Below, in pieces: positions 1-11,800 of a stretch of DNA of 64,000 bases. A program made the position numbers and the translations under genes. The DNA comes from Octopus bimaculoides (taxonomy: Eukaryota): positions 22,371,322-22,435,321 of the forward strand of contig NC_068989.1 in NCBI RefSeq assembly GCF_001194135.2, read 5' to 3'. Within the stretch, counting starts at the first letter, position 1. Every line of letters begins with the position of its first letter. A model generated the notes under the pieces. The model did not search any database, was not told the DNA's origin, and worked only from the letters and a program-made list of their open reading frames with translations.

Positions 1-300
1 TGGAGCAAACCATCCAACCCATGCTAGCAAGAAAATTGGACATAAAATGATGATAATATTCAAATGTATATATGTATATGTGCATATGCAGGCACATGCA
101 AAGCTTGTTTTACTATGTTAGAATGGTCAGATGATTCTGAAACGTTAGACTTTGCATAAGAATTGTTGGAGCACAGGACTCAATGCAGAAAAACTAAGTT
201 CAATGCAAATCCCAAGGTCAGAACAACATCTATTTTCAGCAAAGTGCCAAACAGTGAGACAATGTTTAGATCTAGGTTTGAACTCATAAGCGCATGACCT

Positions 301-466
301 TTTATTCCATCCAGTAAAATGAGGCAAGATATCACAACTACACCATAGTACTTTACATGCTTTCTACATCTTTGAGAGAACTTTTGGAATTATTGGTAGT
401 CGGATATATGACCTGTCAATTAGAGCTGTCGATTCATTCTCAGAAGTCAACAACTTGACATTTATT
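301..466 (-). promoter_or_regulatory. Candidate polyadenylation signals (AATAAA on minus at 461-466 and 301-306)
   Basis: TTTATT on plus strand 0.7-0.9 kb past the PDE stop. The hexamer is common in AT-rich DNA, so support is weak. Confidence 0.3.
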
Positions 467-1172
467 ACTCATAAAAGTTATTTAAAAAAAAACAACAAAA
501 ATTGAAATGGGAAACAATAAGTTAAAAGTTTGATTAAACTAATTAAAAACAAAGAAAAATATGAATAAATACACTAAAAGACATCAATTTGTCTGTGAAA
601 TGTCAACTAGTAAATGCAAAATTCTCAAACTTGCAGAAAGAATTAAAATAATATTAGTCTTTGACTAATATTGTTTTTTCGTCAACACATAATTGTTTCT
701 AGTTAGCTTTTTAATACCTCCTGTATTAAATCTGCTAACACTAATACAACTAGTAAATGCAAAAACCTATGTGTACAGATGTGGCTTTCTACAGATACAA
801 GTAACATATCAATCAAATATGGAGATGAGAAGTGATCATAGCTTTGTTTGTTTGTTTTTTTCTGTTTTTTTTACAAATGGTTATACAAGATAAGAAGGGA
901 TTGTTTACAACTTTACGTTTTTGACTGTCGTATATTACAGGCAACCGTTGATATTTAGGACAACTGTCTCTCAGGGTGCTGAGATTTCTGCTCACCATTG
1001 CTAATACATGGTAGAGATCTCATCTCTCAGTCTGAGCACATCAAGTCAATCAGTTCTTGGTGAAAGCTACAAGAAACTGAGAGCAGATGCTGGAAGGATA
1101 AAATCAAGCTCTTGGTTCTTTGTTTGAAATATGTTCCATTCCATTGTTTTCCTTGGCAATGTACTTGAACTT

Positions 1173-1277
1173 TCAAGACTGAGTCTTCTTGGTTGGATTC
1201 TTTTTCATATTCTGTTCATATTCTTGAAACTGGTTTTCATAATAATTCAGAGCTGATTCAGCTGGTGCTAATAAGTT
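1173..1277 (-). CDS. PDE9A: PDE9-like last coding exon: [34 protein letters not shown]
   Basis: Acceptor TTTCTTTCAG; only frame 0 is open at the start; TGA at 1175-1173. Fits the final PDE helix. Confidence 0.8.
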   Translation of the reverse strand, partial: NLLAPAESALNYYENQFQEYEQNMKKNPTKKTQS

Positions 1278-4200
1278 CTGAAAGAAATGAAGAGAAAGAG
1301 GAAAATATGTCAAAATTTATATGAAGACAAAATGTTAAATGTATGGAAATTGACTGAAAATTTGTGTATAGTTTGGTGGTTTAAAGAACTGTGCTGGAGT
1401 CTTCTACAATAATAATGGTTCTTACATTGATACAGACACTGTTGATGACAGTTGTTGCTTAGCATCAAGTTAGCTATAATGGAATACATGCATGATCAAA
1501 AGGTATTCACAAGCCATAACCAGCTTTCCTTCTTGTTTCTAGGACTACATTTTCCAATGTTATTTGTGAGACACTTTGATGCTATCTCTAGCAACTTCAA
1601 CAACCACACGCAGATACTTTAGAGCTCAAATAAGAGATCAACACTTCATTTTCTCTTCGATGACGATAAAGGTGATGATGATGACAGTGATGGTAATGAT
1701 GGTGGTGGTGCTGATAGTGACGGCTATGACGGTGGTAATGATAATAATGATGATGGTGTTGATGCTGATGACAATGAATGATAGTGACGTCAACAACAAA
1801 ACAATGAGAATGATCATCTCAGCCTGATATGACACTGAGAAACTACAAACAAATCAGCCCAACTGCAAGAAAAATAAAATGAGCTGCACATTGACAGAAC
1901 AAAATCCGTGAACATACCATTGCCTTGGGGAAGCACTGACAGAGGGCCTTGACTAAAGGGATCAATACATTGGCTATGAAGTGGACCTGAGATTTAGATT
2001 TCACATGTGTGTCTCTATCCATGAAACTAGTCACAGGTAATCCTTCGAGTTTCTCAGTATCACTCTGTCAAATAAAAACAGAAATCATTAAACGGTTAAT
2101 ACACCAGATAACATACTTTTTTTTATAAAAAAAAAATATCAAAATGTTTAACTTATGATTTCCCAATGGGACACTTTATATGATAAAAAAAAATTTTAAT
2201 TATATAACAACAATAAATAAGTTGTCAGAACGGTGGCCCCTATGTGGTTGTATGATCTGCTAGAAATAGCAGCCATATCTTCTTAAATCTCACTTCTTCA
2301 GTCTTTAAAAAGGAAGGTCATATTCTTACATGAAGCAGTCTTAGATACAGAGACATACTTGCATAGCAAGTGACTTGATCTAAGATCGTGTGCTGAAACA
2401 AAAACAATTGCAGCATGGAAGATGTTTGTAAGCCACTCAAGAACACACAAAAACCAGGCAATTTTGTCAGTGAACAGGTCGTGGTTTCAAAGCGACGAAA
2501 ATATTTTGACACAAATTAAATTTAAATGTTGAAGTGAAACTAACGGTTTTTGTGTGTTCTTGAATGGCTTACAAACATCTTCCATGCTGCAATTGTTGTT
2601 GCTTGAGTCTAAAAACCAACAAAAAAGAAATAAGATAAGATAGTCATGACTGAAATGTTTCTGTTCATAGATGTATTCGATTAGGGCTGACTTGGTGTTA
2701 CATAAAATAATTGACTCTATTGTTGCACTGAACAAATTCCTTTTTAAGTTGTCTGACTGTTTTGATTTCCAGACAACGTTCAGTTTGTTGAAGGCTTGGC
2801 TATTCAAGTTTTTACATCTTTTCCAGTTGAGGCTATCTCAGAAGTGAAGTATGCAAAATCATCAAATTGATTGATGGGGTCTTCTCTGATATGGAGCAAC
2901 AGCCAGGATGCATACCAAAAACTAAAATCCAAGCTAGATGGAACTTAGACCCGAATGTTAAGAGCAATCTGAAACATGTCTTGGAGAACTCATTCTGTTA
3001 AGACACAGCTGTATGGAGATCACCTGCCTATTTCCACCATTATAAGGGAAAGGCATTTGTGCTTTGTAGGATATTGCTGGTGAGCTAAACAAGAACTGGC
3101 AAGTGAGCTTCTGCTATGTATGTCAAAGCATAGTTGTACTTAAGCAGGTCGTCCAAATACAACACATATTGACCAACTCACAAGAGACACTGGATGCCTT
3201 GCTAAAGACCTCCCTCAAATAATGTAGGACTGAGATGGATGGCATGCATGGGTTAAAAATTTGAGCAAGCTTGAGCAGATGATGAGGAGGATGGTGCTAT
3301 ATAACAACAATAATAGCATGTGTAAATGTTACTATCAATTCCAATGTAAAGTCACAGAGATGTCAGCCTCTGACATATGACAAGGGGGCTGCTTGCTACA
3401 ACATCAACAGTAGAAACAGTAATAACAGCTACAGATCAATATCAACATCACTATCATCCCCCAATGTCCATTTTCCATGCTGGCATAGCTTGGCCAGTTT
3501 GACAGGAACTAGCAAACTAGAAGACTGCACCAAAATCTGCTGTCTGCTTTGGTATGGTTTTTATGGCTGGATGCCCTTCCTTCTGCCAAGCACTTTACAG
3601 AATGTACTGGATGCTTTTTATGTGGGACTAGCAGCAGTGAGGTCACCAAGTAACTTTCAGGACAAGACCCCTCAACTGAGGGCAGGGAGAAGTATTGAGG
3701 GACAGAAAAGGTGTCTTTCATTACAGGAAAAATATGGTTACCTTAGTGGAGAGTGAAAAGACGGTGAAGATGTCACAGGGAAGGAGCAGAAGCCATATAA
3801 CCAAGTTACAGCATGGTGTGTATAATGAAGTGGATCAGGAATTGGAGAGGGTGAGTGGATGAGCCAATTTTTCTGAGAGCTAATAAGGTCTTTGTATGAG
3901 CTAACAAGGCTTCTCCACATGGGCTAATGAGGTAGTCTCTATATGCACTGATGAGGAAGTCCCAATGTAAACTAATGAGAGTTTCTGTGTGAGCTAACAA
4001 AGAAAGTTTCAACATAATCTAATGAAGGAATTTCTATGTGAACTAATGAAGAAGCTTCTATGCAGTCACTTACTTGCTAAAAATAGCAACCAAATATTCC
4101 TCAAATCACACTCAACTGTCTAGGGAAGCACATTGATAATATAATTCCAAATACAGTATGTAAAAATATGGGATGGTCACAACTGAGACAGTTTTCAGCA

Positions 4201-5581
4201 TGGGTTTTGGGAGATCAAAGCTTACTTGGGGTTTAACAACAAGGACAACAACAACAGCTGTATTATAAAATAATCTACAATTTAATAACAGACCTGTGCA
4301 AAGAACTCATTCAACAGACAGTCCAACCATGGCTCAGCAACAGTAGGAGGTCGGAGTTCATTTGAAATATCTGCAACTTTTATAAGCACTGACATCAACT
4401 AAAAAATATGCGGAAGAAAATAAAATTTGTTACATTTTAATAAAATCAAAAATCAAAAGCAAAAAAAAAAGCCCCCAACAAATTAACAACAAAGTGTGAG
4501 AAAAAACAGATATAGGTAACTGGTGGTGGTCTGCAGTAGGAAAAATTATGCAGTGTTGTTGGTGAAGAGAAGAGAAATTTGAACAGTTGGTACTGGTCCT
4601 TTGTCTGAGAGAGTGGGAATTTTAATTTCTTTAATTCTTTTTTTTAATGTTGAAATATTTTATTCCTTTCACACTCAGGCAAAGAACATTCATGAATCAC
4701 CAGTGTCCCCATATACCAACAGCATATGAATTTAGCTAAATTCACATACTACAAAATAAAATGGTAGTTTCGTATAATAATGTTGTTTTCTGTCAGTAAA
4801 ATGTAAGTAAAAACAGCAAAGTGATGAAAATAAATGTGGTTGGAAATGGTGAATATCTTTCCAATAATGTCAACAGAATGGAATAATTGTGTTTGCCATG
4901 AGATGAAAAAAAGTGTTCTAAGGTTTCAAAAAAGATCCTCCATAAAATATTAAAATTTAATTATTTTATTCATTTAAATGTTTCAGTCATTAGATTGCCA
5001 CCATGTTAGAACACTGCCTTCCAGTGTTTAATGAAACAAAGTGTCTACAGTATTTATTTTAAGTTTGATACTTCATCTATCAAGTCCTGTTGCTGAAATG
5101 CTAAATTATGAGGATGTAGATAAATGAACACCAGTTGCTAAGCAATGGAGTGAGGGACAAACACGAGTGTATACACACACACACACACACAGAGGCTTCC
5201 ACAGAAATTTTGTCAACCAAATTTATTCACAAGGTATTGGCCAGCCAGGGGATATAGCAGATGATTCTTGCCCAGATGACCATGCAGTGGGACTGCCTGT
5301 TAAACTGCATGGCTGCAAAGCAAGATTGTTAAGCACGTTGCCATTCAATAGTTATTATGAACATCACAAGCATTTATTATTATTAATATCAAAGGACGAT
5401 AAAGTTTTTCTACAATTCTATATTTAAGAGATGAGGAATTATGTACAGTATTTACATTTGATGGATATTTGTCCTCATCTTGTGTGTTGTTAACGTGTTT
5501 CGGCTGATATACCCTCCAGCCTTCATCAGGTATCTTGGGGAAATTTTGAACCTGGGTTCTCATTCCTAAGGTATTTTTCAA

Positions 5582-5621
<40 letters not shown>

Positions 5622-8600
5622 GTTATTATTATTATTCAGATCACTGCCTAAAATCGAACTTGGAATCTCGGGGTTAGTAGACCATGCTCTTAACCACTAT
5701 GCCATATGTCCCCAGGACACCTGATGAAGGCTGAAGGGTATATCAGCCAAAACGTTGTGTTAACAAACAAGATGAGGACAAATATCCATCAAATGTAAAT
5801 AATGTAAATAGTTTTTCCATTCAATCTCCTTTCCAATAACTTATACGTAGCTGCCTATCACTGTCTTTCTTCCATTGCTCTCTCTCTTCTATCACTGTTT
5901 CTCCAGCTTTACCCATACTCTTCCTACTTTCACCCAGGTTCTTTCTCTGTCAACATTTCATTTTTCCTTCCATTCATCTTCACAGTCATGTTTGCCTTGG
6001 ATGAACAGAGACAATGTAGAGTAGAGAATAGTTTTTAGTCCAGCAGGAGTCAGCACAACTTCTGTCATGTTATCATGATCAAATACTCTCAGTAAATATC
6101 CAAAAGCAATTAGCAAACAAATAGTGGTGGCTCAAGTTAGAGAGGACATGGCACAGTTACTGTGCTGGTGCCACTTCAAAATGCACCCAGTATACTCTGC
6201 AAAGTGGTTGGCATCAGGAAAAGTATAAAGCAGTTAAAATTATATCAAAAAATTTAACACTTAAGCAAGTCATTGCACCAACCAATCTTTTGTTGTTGGC
6301 ACTCCGTTGCTTACGATGTCGAGGGTTCCAGTTGATCCTATCAACGGAACAGCCTGCTCATGAAATTAATGTGCAAGTGGCTGAGCACTCCACAGACACG
6401 AGTACCCTTAACGTAGTTCTCAGGGATATTCAACGTGACACAGTGTGACAAGGCTGACCCTTTGAATTACAGGCACAACAGAAACAGGAAGTAAGAGTGA
6501 GAGAAAGTTGTGGTGGAAGAGTACAGCAGGGTTCGCCACCATCCCCTGCCGGAGCCTCGTGGAGCTTTAGGTGTTTTCGCTCAATAAACACTCACAACGC
6601 CCGGTCTGGGAATCGAAACTGCGATCCTATGACCGCGAGTCCGCTGCCCTAACCACTGGGCCATAGTACCTCCACTCACCAACCAATCTATAAGGGCAGT
6701 AACTCCAAATAAGACCTGATTCAGACTGTAACAATCTGTTCAACCTATACCAGCATGAAAAGATTACATAAAAATGAAGACAATGATGGTGACCATAATA
6801 ATATTCATCAAAGTAAAATTGAAGAAGTGATGCTATAGATGGCATCACTTCTTCAACAAATTTAACAACTCTTCTCTATCTTGATTTGTCACCATTTGTT
6901 TGCTCATCACTTTACAGTGTCTACTGGGAGTATTCGACCATGGCAACATGATAAAAGCTGCATTGACTCCTGCTGGACTAAAAGCTATTCTCTACTCTAC
7001 ATTGTCTCTGTTCATCCAAGGCAAACATGACTGTGAAGATGAATGGAAGAGAAAATGTTGACAGAGAAAGAATCTAGGTGAAAGTAGGAAGAGTATGAGT
7101 ATAACTGGAGAAACAATGATAGGAGTGAGAGAGTGGTAGCAAGGGAGAGGTGGCAATGAAATAAATAAATAAATAAATACATAAGAACATAGGAATGCCA
7201 ATGGTTGGATGAGGAAAGATGTTCTGGTCACAGGCACTTGGACTGGTGTTCAGGCAAGGCACAGAATGCTTCAGGTTTGAGTCACCTAATAGTTGAGCAG
7301 TGAAGGTTCGCAGAAACAATAGAAAATTCTATTGCCATTAGAGAAAACTTTGGTGTTAATCGCAGGTCAATAATTAATTTCAGAAATCAATTACTATACA
7401 ATTGATGTCATAGGATTTATTTTAAATTGATTAGGGTTAACATTGGTCTCACAGAAAGAGGAGTAGAAGGGAGATTAATCCAAAGATTATAATTAGATTT
7501 TAGCCAACTTCTTTTCCACTGATTTTACATTAAACTGTAAACAAGATAAAATATGGAGACGATTTCAAACAAATGAAAATCTTTAATTTGTACAAATATT
7601 GATAAATTTGCAGGCATAAAACTACTAAAAGGATGTATGTATATCTGTTATAGCCTTTTTCGTTCTATCAATCCAGCATACACCAGTTCACCAATATCTC
7701 TGTCTGTCTTTCAGTATTTGTCTGTCTGTTTCTCTCTCTCTCTCTCTCTCACTCACACACGTTAGACATAATATTTCTTAAACTTACCTGCATACGATGT
7801 TCTTTCTTGTCTACATCAAATTTGACCAAAGCTACTTCAAAATCATGTAAGATGTTATTATGTTTAGCCATGTCTGTACTTAAAATACACCTAAAAAGAA
7901 TGACCAAAAATATTTATAAAGCATGCTTAATTCCTGTACAAAAATACAGTCATGGCCATAAGTTTGGAACATCTTTTTAAAATTTCAAGTTGTTGTGCCC
8001 AAGTACAATTCAATTCAAATATAACTTTGGGCATTTGATATAAAAATTCTAATCTTCAGACCTATGTTCCCAAATTTTTAGCCACAACTGTAAACTTGAA
8101 ATTAAATCAAGTAAAAGCTTAACTACATACAAATCCATCTATAAGTTTTACAAGTGCAGAACTGATCATCCAGATTCTCAACTTCATGTTTAGCAGTGTG
8201 TTTCAATTGGTTAATTCTACAATTATTTAAAGGTGGTATTCTATTTCATACATACTCATCCTTTGGCTACAACTGACTGTACAAACTTTTATTTGTAACA
8301 CAAGGTACAAGTCACAAATTTGTGCAGTGTAGGATCATAAAATCTACTGGATCAATTTCAGTAATTATATTGAGACTCAGTTTATCAAGTCTGGATAGCT
8401 GAAAGGCCAGCTCCAATAAAGGGACATAACTAAATACTTGACTAGTGTTTTAATTCATCAACCCTGGAGGGATGAAGGGCAAATTTCACCTGGATGGGAT
8501 CTGAACTCAAAACTTGGAGATAGAACAAATGCTGCAACGCAATAGTTCTGATGCTCCAACGGTTCTGCCGGCTTACTGCCTGATAATAACAATTGTAGAA

Positions 8601-8767
8601 GTTGGTTGATTACTTTAAACCCAGTGCTTGACCGATACTTATTTCATTGACCCTGAAGGGATGAAAGGCAAAGTCAATCTCAGGGGATTTGAACTCAGGA
8701 TGTAAAGACATGAAATGTCACTAAGCATTTTATCAAGTGTGCTAACGATTTTGCCAGCTCATTGCCT

Positions 8768-8812
<45 letters not shown>

Positions 8813-11800
8813 CATCATCCTTTCTATTAAAGGCACAAGGCCTGATTTTTGGAGGCTGGGTAAGTCAATTACATCAACCACAGTGTTCAACCAGTAATTA
8901 TTTCCTCAACCCTGAAAGGATAAAAGGCAAAATCGACCTTGACAGCATTTGGACTCAGAACATAAAGACAGATGAAATGCTGCTAAGCATTTTGTCCAGC
9001 ATGTGACCCCAAAAGGATGAAAGGCAAAGTCAACCATGGTAGAATTTGAACTCAGAATGTAAAGGTGGATGAAATGATGCTAAGCATTTTGTCTGATGTG
9101 CTAACGATTGTGCCAAGCTTGCTGCCTTAATAATAATAATAATCCTTTCCACTATAGGCACAAACCCAGAAACATGGGGGAGGGGACTAGGTGATTACAT
9201 TGACCCCAGTGTTTCACTGGTACTTAATTTATCAACCCCCCAAAGGATGAAAGGCAAAGTTGACCTCGGTGGAATTTGAACTCAGAATGTAATGACAGGA
9301 GAAATACTGCTAAGCATATCTATCGTCCGGCCTGCTAACAATTCTACCAGCTTTCCACCTTCACAGCAATAATAATAATAATAATAATAATAATTCCATC
9401 AGATTTTGGCACAAGGCCAGCAAGTTTACATTGACCTCAGTGCTCAACTGGGGCTTATTTCATTGATCCCATGGAAAAAATGAAAGGCAAAGCTGACCTC
9501 AGTGGAGTTTGAACTCAGAAGCTAAAGAGTTAGAAGAAATGCCACTATGCGTTTTGTCTGACATGCCACTGATTCTGCTAGCTTGCTGCTTTAATAATAA
9601 TAACAACAACAGCAATGAGAAGAGAATGTATAGAAGGTTGTATCTACTATATTATATTACTGGTATTGGAGTAGAGAATGTTCAAGAGATGGACATAATA
9701 GATACATTTTATCAAATTTTGGCAGGATTTTTACTAAGTTTATGTAAAGAAATGTAAGTGAACATCACGTTAATCTGACACCTAATTTCTGCCAATCTAA
9801 TGGTGCCTCAAAACAACAATAACAATAACATTTAGGAACCAGTGAGTGAGAATCCATGCAGTTGCTTGATCTGATAGAAATAACAGTCATGTCTCTTTCA
9901 GTTTACATCCTGCTTGCTATCTTACATAAGGACAGGATATGTTAGATAATGTAGTCCAACATGTTCTTATAAGATGGTTTTGGCTAGATTGCCTTTGATC
10001 CTAGATCTGCCTGGGGCCAAACAACAACAATAATAATAATGGCAATTATGTTGGGAGACTTGTGATGATGAGGAGGAGGAGGAAGAAGAGGAAGATGAAG
10101 AGGGGGAAGATGAAGAGGGGAGGATGAAGAGGGAGAGGAGGAGGAAGTGGAGGTGGAAGAGGAGGAAGTGGAGGTGGAAGAGGAGGAAGATGAAGAGGGA
10201 GAGGAGGAGGAGGAGGAAGTGGAGGTGGAAGATGAAGAGGGGGAAGATGAAGAGGGAGAGGAGGAGGAGGAGGAAGAGGAAGGGGAAGAGGAGGAGGAGA
10301 GCAATGTAATAGCAAATGCCCACATGTTCATGTGTAACTGGTATCTAGCAGCAAGTTAATCCTGATCAAACAGGCATATGATAAAAGACATTCCATGCAT
10401 AACCATCCCATCTTTTTAGAAATGAGTCTGACCAGATTATGAGTATCACTAATATTGCAGGGTGTGATATGAGTGTGATTTGACTGCTATTTCTAGCATG
10501 TCAAGTGACCAGATTGTCTTGGGTCCTATACGTAGTAGTAACACTACAGTGAAGTTTTCTAATCCTAATTGTACACCGTCTTTGGAGAAGACTTGGCTCT
10601 GATTCCATATTTAATGGCAGGTAATCTTAGCATTAAAAACATAAGACGTTATTACAATGACGGAAACAATAATATTAGCTTTCAACCCACTTGTTAATCT
10701 GAATGTGTGACGAAGGATTAAAGGAATGATATAATGGAATAATGGTATAGTGACATTGTAGAATAATTGGATAAAACAATCTCATCTCATCTCATCAATG
10801 ACTCATCATTAATTACCACATTAATTACAATCTCGGAGATTAAGGTGATTAGGAAAATAGTAACTAATGACGGAGAAAGTTGTCATCATGGTAAAAGAAA
10901 GAAAATAACAACAGTATGGTCTATGACAACAAAAACAGCAACAGTAACAAGCTCCTTTTGACTTGTTAGTAATAGCAGCCAAATCTAGTCACACAATAAT
11001 GTCTTTAAAAAATAAGAATATATGGGATAAGATACTCCTAAATATGTTGTTGTTGGCACTCCGTCGCTTACAACATCGAGAGTTCCAGTTAATCTGATCA
11101 ACGGAACAGCCTGCTCATGAAATTAACGTGCAAGTGGCTGAGCATTCCACAGACACGTGTACCCTTAACGTAGTTCTCAGGGAGATTCAGCGTGACACAG
11201 TGTGACAAGGCTGACCCTTTGAATTACAGGCACAACAGAAACAGGAAGTAAGAGTGACAGAAAGTTGTGGTGAAAGAGTACAGCAGGGTTCGCCACCATC
11301 CCCTGCTGGAGCCTCGTGGAGCTTTAGGTGTTTTCACTCAATAAACACTCACAATGCCCGGTCTGGGAATCGAAACCGCGATCCTATGACCGCAAGTTCA
11401 CTGCCCTAACCACTGGGCCATTGCGCCTCCACACTCTTAAATATACTATGCCTGAAAACAACTGCAAAAACAGCAGTAACAGCAACATGGTCAATAAGAA
11501 CAACAACAGACACAAGCTCTTTTTAACCTGTTAGTAATAGTAGCTAAATTTCATTCAAGTCACACAAGAAGGATATATTGGATAATGTACTCCTAGATAT
11601 GCTATGCATGAAAACAAAGACAGAGCAATCATGAATGAAATTCTTTTGACAATAGGTATGCAGAATCAAAGCCGACATGAGAAATCAAATTAATATATTT
11701 TCTCAGTAATATAAATATTTACATGTACAATCAAACAACAGAACCACTACATTTGATCTGCAAAAATAATAGACAAATCTCCTTCAAGTCATACCCTAGC

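Noticed and set aside
3948-3975. CTGATGA followed by a short GGA..TCC stem
   Set aside because: No GAAA or stem III follows and it lies within a minisatellite; not a hammerhead.
10046-10359. Poly-E/P/S/R ORFs in all frames; likewise 1576-1835, 16060-16303, 31541-32657, 45192-45534 and 62947-63192
   Set aside because: They arise from trinucleotide repeats that lack stop codons; no domain and no supported splice structure.
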